From the human T2T-CHM13v2.0 reference genome, Homo sapiens: a stretch of DNA of 64,000 nt. The position numbers and the translations under genes were made by a program. Location: assembly GCF_009914755.1 (NCBI RefSeq), contig NC_060944.1. One strand, 5' to 3'. This document shows positions 49,306 through 64,000 of the stretch, one piece after another (within the stretch, counting starts at the first letter, position 1; each line of letters begins with the position of its first letter). The notes beneath the pieces are model-generated. The model saw nothing but the letters and a program-made list of their open reading frames with translations, was not told where the DNA came from and ran no database searches.

Positions 49306-49738
49306 TCAAAAAAAAGAAATTTGTAAAAGCGCTTCCTGGTTTCAATTCTAAGCACTATGAATGAGAGTCTCTCTTTTTTTGGACAAAAAAATAAAAACCT
49401 GATTTTGTTAGTTTTTTAAATCTGTGTCCCTGCATGAATCAGAGCTAGTCTCTCCTTTTACTGCTGGGAACCAATCAGCCCTGGGAAAGGAACCCAGGAG
49501 TGAGCCAGCAGGCCTGCATGTGAATCCTGGCCCCACTGTGTGACTACAGACAGGTCGCCTCATCACTCAGAGCTCCTGTTGCCTCATGGGCGAATGAGAT
49601 GGTGTTGCCACCCACAGAGTAGTTCTAGGGCATGGCACTGGCATGCTTCGGGTGCTCAGCACCATGCCTGTCACATAGCAAGCCCTCTGCGGATGGTGGC
49701 ATTGACTGAGAACTGCTATTCCAGTTCTCCCCAATTAG

Positions 49739-50089
<351 letters not shown>

Positions 50090-51705
50090 TGAAGGAATTG
50101 GGTTGTTGCCTCACTGCCTAGCCAGCCTCCAGCTGGTGTCCCATAGCAGATCCTCCCAGGGACCGGCCCCAGAGGGTAACCCCAGTCTCCTGAGATAGAC
50201 AGACACGTGAGCATCATGTGTGTCTCCCCTTCCTTGATAGGAGAAAACTCAAAGGCATTTGGGACATAGAGGAGGGTGTGGCCAGGCCTGTCTGGGGCTG
50301 TCTGCAAAAGCTTCCCAGAAGAGGGGACACTGGAGCTGAATCTTAAGGGCACCAGGAAGCAGTGTGAGCAAGGCGGAGGGGCGGAAAGCCACGTTTGGAA
50401 GAATATTCAGTGATTCTTCTCCAAAATGTAAAGCAAAAGTACTGTATCATTTTATCCTTGAAAACATGTTCTCTGCCCACTTGTAAAGGCCAGGCCTGTC
50501 TTTAGGCCCCTTACAGCCAGCTTTTCCTGCCGCACGGGAGCAGATTGCTTTGTTTCCTTTACGCGAGGTGCTTGCCTTGCATTTGGGGGCTCTGTGGTGC
50601 AACCAAGGCCTGTGTTTAGTCCTTAGGATCATTCTCAGGGTGAGGAGATGCTCATTCTGGGAGGAGCCCACAAGGATGGGAGCACAGGAGCGAGCAACAG
50701 AGCCACATCTCCTGCCCGGCTCCCTCGCTCTCACTCATGGACTGGGGTGGCAGGCAGAGCCTCCAGGGCCGTCTTTGCATTATTACTTTTTTCTCACTCT
50801 GCTTTTTCTTGGCTGAGCCACATAGTTGAGTGTGCGTGCGTCACGTATGCGCGTGATGGTGCACTCCCGCTGCAGTGCCGCTTATCTAGGGCATCAGGAT
50901 GTGAGTGGGGAGGAGTGGGAGGTGAGGCTTTGGTCCAGTTTAGAAGGGGCCACAAACACCTAACTCAGTTGCATGGACTTGATCTTGCAAGCAGAGGTTT
51001 TTAGGGCAGGAGGTGATAGGATTATGATTAGGACCTGGATAAAGGAAGGCAGTGGGGGGTCTGGGGACACTGAATGCTCTGGACTGGCAACACAGAGGGC
51101 AAGGAGGCTGGCCACAGAGTTCTGAGGTAATTTGATGGGAGGTCAGCCACTCCCTGCAGCAGACCAGCATAGGTTCTGTCACCAGGCCTGGAAGGATGGG
51201 CAGGAAAGAACTATAGAGCCAGTCACAGCAGCCCACAGGCTCCCTGGGACACTCCCTAGAGGGGTGGGGACAGAGCAGTTCAGTCACAGAGAAGAACATA
51301 AGAATAACTCCAGAGTCTATTATTCCAAAATCACGCTTCTGTGTGTAATGCCTGATCCATCGGGGAGAAAAGACTGCAGGAGGCACAGAATCTGTTTTCC
51401 CAGCTTTGCTTCCCACAAGCATGACCCTGGGCAAGTCGCAGAACACCTGCAAATCCACATCTGTAAAGTGTCGAGTAGGGGACTGTGCTGTGCTGATGTC
51501 CTGAGCCACCCTGCCTGGTTGAGTGTGTTGACCTGGGTTGGGGGAAAAAGCCTTGGAATCAGATTTAAACTGCAGTTCCTCCCAGGTTGTCATGTTGTGT
51601 GACTGCAGAGGACAAAGCTTCACTCCCCAAAAGTCGGGCCGGGATGGAGCGCAGTGGCTCACGCCTGTAATCCCAGCACTTTGGGAGGCCAAGGCAGGCG
51701 GATCA

Positions 51706-52017
<312 letters not shown>

Positions 52018-53163
52018 TCAGGGTATGGGGGAAGGGAGCAAATTACTTGGTCTCCAAATCAGACAAATTCTCCACAGACAGTGTCCCTTGGCATAAAGCT
52101 CCTGAGAATGTCTCCTCTGGAAGGACAGTGTCATCTGAAAGCTCCTGGCCATTCAGGTCTCAACTTGGCAGCGGCAGCGTCTCCAATTTGGCCCTGAAGA
52201 CCCACAGGCATTCAGAGCCCATGACTGTGGTTGGTGCTTGAGTCCAGAATGGGCAGCTCCCAAGTAGGGGGTTCTCCTTGGGGTTCACAGGCCTGGAGAT
52301 CCCACAACCTTGTCAGTGGAGGAGGATGAGGTGGCCAGTCCCTCACCTTGGCAGCACTGCAGGGGGCGCCCGTGCTCTCAAGTCACACTGTCTCTCTCCC
52401 ACACACATGCGGCGCTGTGCTGGAGGACGGTGGCGCGCTGAGCTTGTCTTACAGAGCATGCTTCTTTGGCTCAGCCTCACTGCTGCCACTCAAGTCCTTC
52501 CTCGTCACCAAATGCTTACCTGCATTTTTAAGGCCATCTACTCCACTTGAGAGTAAGTTCTATGAGGGCAGGGGCTTGTAAGCACATAGTAAGCATCTAG
52601 CAAATATCCATTGATTAAATAAATGAATGACTCTGTAAACCTCCCTCCACTGCTGACACCCCACTGATATGGGTCAGAAGTGGGGTCAGCAGTGGGGACG
52701 GGGTCAGGGATGTCTGTGGGGCATAGTTTTAGGATGAAAACCAGTGATTTGACACTTTGACATACCCACTTTTATGTGGCCAAGAAAAAATAATTGGGTT
52801 TTGGTGCCAGAACTCCTGTGGTCAGGAGCCACCACGCAGAGCCTAGGAGGCCCTGGCGCTGAATTGCCTCAGGATGGCTACAGAACACAGGACCCAGGGG
52901 TGGCCACAGGCGTAGAGCAGGCCTGGCTGCTGCTGGAAGTGCCCGTTTGAGACTGTAGTTAGCACCCTACACATCGTGGGCAGCCTGGAGCAGCCTGGCC
53001 CGGGAGGGAGATCCATGCCTTCCCACCTGCCTGACCTGACCCCATCCAGCTGAGGTACTGCTTCCCAGGCTGCAGACAGCAGCAGGTGTTCCAGACAGTG
53101 TGGCTCTCCACATGTGTGCCACATTCACCCCACCCTGGCCCAGAACCGCCCACGTGAACAGGC

Positions 53164-53649
<486 letters not shown>

Positions 53650-53733
53650 TTATTAACTTCACTAGTATTAAAGCTGAGGTAACTAACTCAGCCTACACAA
53701 CCTTCAACACACACTACCTCTCACAAAGCACCT

Positions 53734-54366
53734 GAAGTGGTATTGTTGCATTTAGGGCTTGATGATTTGGAGTAAAAGACACTGATGTTACCGATTGTGC
53801 CTATTTTTATCAGTGGCTTGTTAATTATTTCTGTTTTCATTAGTGATTTTTATGTATGCAGATTGGTTAGCCATGAAACTGTTAGTCACTTCATTTCTGT
53901 TTCTTCCCTGTTGCAACAGCCCATCTTCGTGGGAAGAACCAAGCTTTAGGCTTGGCTCTGAACAGCCACAAAGTGACTTGGCTGAGGTCCTGCCATTTCG
54001 CTCATGCTCAGCAGGGGGCAGCAGACCAGGGCAGTTCAGAGTATGGGGTCAAACCCAGGTCCCTGTCCCCACTCCACCTGTGGATTTACCCTGGATTGGG
54101 CAAGCCCTTTAACTCTCTGAGGCTCCGTGTTCTCAGAGTGACTCGAGGATTCACTGAGGTGCCGTGTGAGAAGTGGGTGGCCCAGACCTGGACACAAAGA
54201 AGCCTTGATCAATGTTTGCAGTTTGATTAAGTGGGTAAATCTGCATATATAAAAATCACTAATGAAAACAAATAATTAACAAGCCACTGATAAAAATAGG
54301 CACAATCGGTAACATCAGTGTCTTTTACTCCAAATCATCAAGCCCTAAATGCAACAATACCACTTC
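53734..54366. repeat. Near-perfect non-Alu inverted repeat (arms 53734-53864 and 54238-54366, 373-nt spacer)
   Basis: Manual reverse-complement alignment: 97-nt perfect stretch, one 2-nt indel, one substitution. Confidence 0.97.
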
Positions 54367-54574
54367 TCCAGTTACCTCTTCAGTGAAACGGGAGGCACTC
54401 AGGCTCACCTCCAAGGACTTGGACTTGCTGTGATTTAATGGTGGACATTCCTCCTTACAGGGCCAGATCCCTGGAGCTGGAATCCAGGCTGCTTTGTCCC
54501 ATTTTGAAATTTTCTTATTCAGAAGGTTCTGGAAAGCCAACAAATTGAGTTTGTGACAGAAATTGACATTAACT

Positions 54575-55187
<613 letters not shown>

Positions 55188-55254
55188 TTACCCAAGTCCA
55201 GTGAAGTATGTCGGAATTCCATCTTTGACACTAAGTAGCTGGGTAACCTTAAGC

Positions 55255-55410
55255 CAGTGGTCCTCCCACAGCCTACAACATCAGCATCACCTGGGAACTT
55301 GTTAGAGAAATGCAAACTCTTGGGCTTTGCCCCAGCCCCACTAAATGATGGTTCTGGGCGTAGAGCCCTCCAGGTGGTTGGGATGCCTGCTAGCTTGACA
55401 ACCATGGCCT
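55255..55410. mobile_element. MER5A-like element (a similar one lies at ~42730-42910)
   Basis: catcagcatcacctgggaacttgttaga..aatgcaaa motif. Confidence 0.7.
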
Positions 55411-55757
55411 TAGGCAATTCATTGGAGCTCTTTGAACTGGAGTCCCCCCACCTGGAAAACAGGGGTGAGAATCCTGCCTACCTGCTGCCACTGTCGTGGG
55501 GAGGATTAGAAGAGACGACACACTGTAGAGTGCCCGCTGCCCGGTATGGGGAGGCCCCTCTTGCAGGAGCCCCTGCAGGAATCTTAAAGGTTTATCTTCC
55601 GTTTTCCCAGCATTTGGAGATGCTGAACGTTGATGCTTTTTGTTGCTTTCTCCCCTTCCTCATTTTATGGTTAGTGATTTAATGGTTTATTTGCTTTCTT
55701 GTGTGTTTTTCTCTCATTTTACATTTAGTGATTTTTTTTCATTTTTCTCTTTTGCAG

Positions 55758-55801
55758 ATAAAGACTATTTCCTGATTGTGATTCAGAATCCAACCGAATA
55801 A
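55758..55801 (+). CDS. DYNLRB1: DYNLRB1 exon 4 coding part, (D)KDYFLIVIQNPTE*
   Basis: Long pyrimidine tract then tttgcag|AT; TAA at 55799-55801; 3+76+168+44 = 291 nt = 96 aa + stop. Confidence 0.97.
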
Positions 55802-56150
55802 GCCACTCTCTTGGCTCCCTGTGTCATTCCTTAATTTAATGCCCCCCAAGAATGTTAATGTCAATCATGTCAGTGGACTAGCACATGGCAGTCGCTTGGA
55901 ACCCACTCACACCAATCCAGTGACCGTGTGTGGGCTGGCGGCTCTTCTCCCCCACCAACGGAACCCCTGTGTGCACCAACCTTCCCCAGAGCTCCGGAGC
56001 GCCCTCTCCTCACTTCCAGGTTTTGGAGCAAGAGCTTGCAGGAAGCCCGCACCCAGCTTCCTTCTGACCTTCAGTTCACTTTGTCGCCCTTGGAGAAAGC
56101 TGTTTTTCTTTAACTAAAAATAACCAAAATGCTTACCCGTCTGTTGTGTC
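55802..56150 (+). terminator. DYNLRB1: DYNLRB1 3' UTR with variant poly(A) signal ACTAAA (56113-56118) and downstream GT-rich element
   Basis: No AATAAA/ATTAAA nearby; ACTAAA is followed ~20 nt later by gtctgttgtgtcttt. Confidence 0.6.
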
Positions 56151-57744
56151 TTTAAACACTAGGTTGAAAAGGCCTCACTCTTCCTGTGTAATCACACGTC
56201 GGAGGCCCGGTTGCCTCCTCCAGCCCTGGTGGGAGATGATGTTCATGGTGTCCGAGAGGCCTGCTGCTTCTTGTGCCTGTGGCCATACTTAGTGTAGCTT
56301 GGTGTATAATTGGTGCTCTGGTTTCTGGGCCTCTTGGCCCTAGTCCTTCTTTTACTGTTTCCCACTGCTGCCAGTGTTGAAAGATTTTTTCTACTATGCT
56401 GCACTGGGGAAGAGAGTGGTACTTACTGAGGACCCGGAATGCACCTGGCGTGTAACATACAGTAGCTCTCACCTCACGGTACCATCTGTAGACAGAGTGT
56501 TAGGGCCACCTCAGACATGGGGACTTGGGTTTAGAATGGCTTACCTACGCCCTCACAGCCAGGACACAGGTCTCAGACTCAAATAGCCTTGCTCTTCCCA
56601 CACTATCTGCCCCAGAAATCCTGGAGGGCCCCCGTTCACCCAAGTGAGCCTGTCCTGGGCAAACATCTGCCCCGCAGACTTGGAGCGCAGGGGTCCTCTC
56701 GCCGAGTGCTTCCCAGAATTCACCTGCACTCAGACTCCCACCCACCCCTCATCCAGCCACACTCTTGTTTTTTTCCCTCTGAAACCACATGTATTTAATT
56801 TTATTAGGGTTTTTCTTTTTATCTTTTGTTTCCTGTTACACAGGAAAAAGACTCGGCACCGTGTAGTGTGAGCCTGGAAATCCCCGTCCTTGTCCTCCCT
56901 GCCCCAGAAGTCACCACTGTCTGTGAGTTCTTCCATCTAGCAATCATAATTGCCCAGATTTTCCAGTGAGGCTTCCTCAATGCTATCGGAGGAGTGAAAT
57001 ACATACTCTTTGGAGTTGAGGGGTGTAGTTTATAAGGGCGTGGCAAAATTTCTTCAAAAGCTACTTTAATGAAAGATAATAGGCATTTTCCACTCTATAA
57101 TATATTCGTGATTATCTTAATATAAAAATAACCCTCTCAAATAGTTTTCCCTGAATCTTCAAGTAACGTTGGTTGTCTGAGAAACACTCTGGTTTCCCCT
57201 GTCCCTGCGGACCTAGGAAGCGCCCCCTGAGAGTGGGTGACTGCAGACCCCACGTGGTGATTCTCTGCTAAGTTCCGTGCTGCAGACGAACGTGGGGTGT
57301 GGCCAGCAGCGTCACCCTTGTGTTCTCGGAAGCTGGGATCCAAGTCTGAGGCTCCTCCGTCCTTCTGCTTGAATTTCTCCAAGAAGGATAATGGGGAAGG
57401 AGGTCGGAGGAGGAGAGGTCAGGTTTCTAGGACGGCGATCGGGGGTCTGTCCCTGGAGGGAGGAGGCGTTCTGGCTCCAAAGCAAGGGTTCAGAATAGGG
57501 CTGAGGGCCTGTCCCTTCCACCTTCCCTTAGTCCCCCTAGTACTGCCTCTTGTTTGCCTTAAAGTTCCCCATCCTAAAAGCATTCCATCAAAGTCTTGGG
57601 GAAAGTTTCTTATGAAAATAAAGATGCTCCACTTCCCAGTCCCTTGAGCACCAGGATTTTGTACATCAGGAGCCCACCATGTACATCAGGAGTTTGTAAT
57701 GCAGCAAGGCAAGCATAATTCCTTGGACTCAAGATGTAAAAATC

Positions 57745-58414
<670 letters not shown>

Positions 58415-60379
58415 TAAATAATGGTATTCCACATACAAAAACCCTAGTGTTTCTGTACTCAAAAGTAGCGTGTATACTGTCAAGGTTAGAAACTGACAGC
58501 TGTCCTAGGCCTAGAGGGAAAAGCATGGGTTCTGAGTTTCAGAAGGACATTTGCCAATATAGCAAAGGTGTGCCCACACCCAGTATTTTTTTATGAAAAA
58601 TTTCAAACCTACAGAGAATTGAAATAATTGTATATCTTCCATCTCAATTCTACAGTTACCCATTTTGCTATATTTCTGTATCACATAACTTTCCATTCTT
58701 CCATCTAACTTATTTTTTATGGCTTTCTAAGTATATTGCAGGCAGTACCCACCCCAAGCACTGCCAAGTGTGTATCATTAACTAGTTTGTTTACTGCTTT
58801 TGGAGGATGGGTAAGATTTACATAGAGTAAAATGCACAGATCTTCAAAGTGACAAATGTGACCCCTGTGTAACCTCACAGCCGTTTCAGGAAAGCTGCTG
58901 CTGCTTCCCAGTCGGCCCAGCCCACTCCCCAGAGGCCACCCTGTTCTGATTTCCTCCAAGTATGATTTCTGCCCTCTAAGGTACAGCTCTCACCTGGGCT
59001 CCGTGAGCAGGGCCGGCGTTTCAGGGAAGTGGCAGCTTCTCGGGAGGTGCCGCAGCTGCCATCTCCCGTCAGCACTCATGCCTCCGCCTCAGCCCTGGCC
59101 ACGGCTCCCTGGAATTCTGATCCTCCTCTGTGAGCTGGTATTGCTGTTTCTCCAAAAATTAAAAATGCTCAAAGGATTATAGGTTTTCTCCTCTTTCGTA
59201 TGTTTGGCTCTGAGACACTGCATGTTGGCACGTTTTTCATTGAGAATCCTGAAAGCCACCTTTCCATACCAAATTCCCATCTGTCTCTACCAAATTACCA
59301 GAAAAAGAAAAAATGAGAAATGGAGGTCTCAGATTCCGTCATCACAGCAGGTAGAAATCAAAGTCACTGAATCCATCAAATTAGTAAGCATACCCCACTG
59401 TCAGTGAACTTCAGCTGATCAGTTATGTATTGAGAAGGCAAATAACACAATTGCAGAACATGTTCAAAATACTAGTCCTACTGCTATGGTGAACAAGCTC
59501 AATCCAATCAAAAGCACCTTTATTTTGGTCTCTCACTGTCTAAATTTACTCTCTAGGGCTTGTTCTCCCGCTGTCCCTAGGTGAGATGTAGAGCAAGCCC
59601 TGCCCTGGGCAGATGAAGTCCCCGCCCAACACAGGAACTACTCCTTCCAGCCGCGTTTGGAGAGAGGCCGCCCCTTCCACTGTGGGCCCGCGGGGAACCT
59701 CGCTCTCTGCAGGGGGAGAGCAGCTTATGTTTGGCCTCGGCCTTATTTTATTTGCCCACTTGGTGCTGTCAGCTCTCTTTCCCAAGTTGCTGAGAGGGGC
59801 ATGAGGTGGGGAGCAGAAATTCATCGTTCGCCGATACTGCTGTGAACTGGCTTCGGCCGTGGTGCATTTTCATGCGCTTTGACACGCATGCCCCCTGCCC
59901 TCTTCTGTTGGTAGCTCCCTCACTTTGAAGGGTGCGCTCCTTCTGGCCGGCCCTATCTTTGGCTCCTGGCTGTCGGGGTCTCCCCTCTACACACTCTCTT
60001 CTGTTGAGTCGTGGTGAAGCAGAAACCCCACCGCCTTCCTCCATGGGTTACGATAAGATTCATAGCCTCTCGGTGGCCTCTAAAAATCTTCCTCGAACTT
60101 CCAGCTCCTTTATAGACCACATTCCCAGCAGAAGTGTGAGCTCGCTTGGGACCACCTGGTGTCACAGTCCAGGCTGCTGCTGGTCCTGCTCCTCTACGTG
60201 GCAATCGGCCCAGAGAATATGCCTTGGGGGGTCTCAGCAGAAACTAAGATGAAGGTAATTCAACTTCAACTCCCTAGTTCACAAGAAATACGTTAGCTGT
60301 TTTCCCTAAAAAAGGCTAGGTGAAATAGGGAATTTCATGATTTTTTGTGGGGGGCAGGGGGGGTACACAATCTCCCTCT

Positions 60380-61885
<1,506 letters not shown>

Positions 61886-62029
61886 GCTTCTGGAGCCCCA
61901 GTTATCACGTTCAAGTTCCAGATGGCAGCTGATGGAGGATGGGGATGGCAAAGGATGTACCTTTTCCCTTTAAGGCAATTTCCCAGGAGTCCCATAGGGC
62001 ACTTCCTACTTAGGCCTAATTAACTGAAG

Positions 62030-62094
62030 TTCAGCCACCTGCCACTCCTGACTGCATGGAAGCCAGGTGCAAGGAGAAAGGATTTTGAGGAGGG
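62030..62094 (+). other. MAP1LC3A: Probable upstream non-coding first exon of MAP1LC3A (alternative promoter); start approximate
   Basis: Strong GGG|gtgagt donor at 62095 followed by moderately CpG-rich sequence; identity inferred from recalled gene order ITCH-DYNLRB1-MAP1LC3A, with no coding sequence in the window. Confidence 0.45.
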
Positions 62095-62594
62095 GTGAGT
62101 CACCAGAACACATTTGTTTGCTGCGGAGAGATCGTAAGGGGCCTCGGAGCAAGTCCATGGGGCGTGAGGAGGGCTGGCGTCCTGCGCACAGTGGAAGGAC
62201 TGGCCTTAGGAACAGGGACAGTGATTCCACTCAGCATAGCCAGGGAGCGGCCCAGATGGCAGGGCAAGGTCTCTGTGGAGTGAGGGCAGCAGGGAAGGTG
62301 CCTCGCAGGAGAGGAGAGAAAACATACACTTCCCTGGGGACGCGGGCGGGGAGTTTGACGGGTTCGGCAGGTGGCCCTTTTGCAGCATCTTTTTCAGCCG
62401 GGGGTGCAGCAGTCACCATACAGCTGAACTCGGCCAGGTTAAGGCGGCAGAAGAAAGAGGGAGTTGGGACTTTTGGAAGTAATTATGATGGCTGTGGAGT
62501 CTGTGCTGGGTGAGGAAGGGAAGTGACTGGATAGAGGGTGGCAGTGGAATTTTTTTTTTAATTAAAATTTTTTTCTTCCCCAACCGCTCCCCAC

Positions 62595-62625
<31 letters not shown>

Positions 62626-62646
62626 GACAGGGTCTGGTTATGTTGC

Positions 62647-63000
62647 TGATATGGTCTGGCTCTGCCCCACCCAAAATCTCATCTTGAATTATAATCCCCA
62701 TAATCCCCAGGTGTCAAGGGAGAGCCCAGGTGGAGGTGATTGAATCATGGGGGCGGTTCCCCCATGCTCTTCCCGTGATAGTTCTCACAAGAGCTGATGG
62801 TTTGGTAGGTCCTCCTGCGTTCATTCTCTCTCCTGTCGCCTAGCGAAGAAGGTGCCTGCTTCCCCGTCACCTTCCTCCAGGATTGTGAGTTTCCTGAGGC
62901 CTCCCCAGCCATGCAGAACTGTGCGTCAGTTAAACCTCTTTTCTTTGTAAATTACTCAGGCTCGGGCAGTTCTTCACAGCAGTGTGAGAATGGACAAATA
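62647..63000. mobile_element. THE1-type MaLR solo LTR inserted into an antisense Alu monomer (~62595-63076)
   Basis: tgatatggtctggct..ccccaccca.aatctcatcttgaatt ... gcagtgtgagaatggac; the Alu sequence resumes on both sides with gttgc/gtttc TSD. Confidence 0.85.
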
Positions 63001-63881
63001 GTTTCCCAGGCTGGTCTTGAGCTCCTGCGGCCTCCCTAAACGCTGGGATTGCAGGTGTGAGCCACCGCACCTGGCCAGAATGAAACTTTGGAAGGGGCTG
63101 ATTGTTCAGATAGGCGGGGGTCAGTGTGCTCGGCCTTGCTTCTGCAGGGGAGGCACACTGGTGAGGTGCCCTCTAGGGCAGACGAGGGAGGGGGGTTCCC
63201 GGAGCAGTGACGGTGGAGACAGGTGGGACGACACAGATGGGCTTGAGAGGACTCAGGACTGCAATGGCAGGTGAGGGGGAGTCCACCTGGGCCTGGACCA
63301 GGTGATGGGATGAGAAGGGAGGGGGCGATTAGCTAGAGGCACAGGCTTGGGGAAAGAGATGACTTCCTTTGGACGTGTTGAGTTCGGAGGCAGCCTTTGT
63401 TCCAGAGACAGAGCCTGGACCTGACAGCTGGAAGCCAAACTGGAGGTGGGGATTGTACGTCACTCATAGTGGAGGCACTGGTGGGTGTGGAGAGAACCCA
63501 GGACCCCATGAGTGGCTGGAGGCTGCGAAGGCCGCGGGGAGCCAACCTCCCCAGGTGACCAGACCGCTCCAAGGGCTTGAGGTCACGGAGGGAGAAGGGT
63601 GGCAGCCCCGGCCCTCTCACTCAGGGAGGTGGAGTTAGAGCTGGAGAGGCCTGAGCACGCCCCTGGCTCAAGAGGACAGATATGCGGGTGAGGCCCGGAG
63701 GAAGGGAATGGCCAGGTCTGAGGCCCTGCATGGGCTGTGGGGTTGGTGTTCTCAGCCTCCACTTTTCCAGTGAAAGCAGAGGATCTGTGGGGAGCAAGGT
63801 GGGGCAGTGTGAGCTCGAGGCCGGAGGACCCCTGAGTGGGTCTCAGTCCCTACAATCTTTGGAGTGTTCCCCTTCGCTGCC

Positions 63882-64000
63882 TTTTTTTTTTTTTTTAAAG
63901 ATGGAGTCTTGCTCTTGTCTCCCAGGCTGGAGTGCAATGGCACAATCTCGACTCACTAAAACCTCCGCCTCCCGGGTTCAAGCAATTCTCCTGCCTCAGT
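63882..64000 (-). mobile_element. Antisense Alu truncated by the window end
   Basis: Poly-T + gatggagtcttgctc... Confidence 0.9.

Noticed and set aside
50940-51692. 250-aa minus-strand ORF, with an overlapping 156-aa plus-strand ORF
   Set aside because: Starts in an Alu at a non-ATG codon, has no recognisable domain and runs through GC-rich intronic MIR/L2-like sequence; likely chance

Overview
This is human (primate) genomic DNA that I recognise as the ITCH - DYNLRB1 - (MAP1LC3A upstream) region of 20q11.22. On the + strand are the last five coding exons and long 3' UTR of the HECT E3 ligase ITCH (4439-~26570) and the complete four-exon DYNLRB1 gene (CpG-island promoter ~31.5 kb, 96-aa roadblock dynein light chain, stop at 55799-55801). 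There is also a probable upstream non-coding first exon of MAP1LC3A near 62 kb. The rest is very repeat-rich: more than 50 Alu copies or fragments including a young AluYa5, a ~6.6-kb decayed L1M, LTRs, MER DNA transposons, MIR/L2 and a Y3-RNA retropseudogene. Almost all ORF-track entries are repeat-derived noise. The most unusual structure is a set of non-Alu fold-back elements inside DYNLRB1 introns. One is a near-perfect 131/129-nt inverted repeat in intron 3 (53734-54366) whose stem and loop contain in-frame cryptic splice acceptors. Another is an older ~77%-identical ~168-nt inverted repeat in intron 2, and there are smaller hairpins, one beside a candidate poison exon. I see no evidence of a new protein-coding system. 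The best candidate for something undescribed is RNA-structure-controlled splicing, or a small invertible segment, in DYNLRB1; this remains a hypothesis. Repeat boundaries are approximate and were read by eye.
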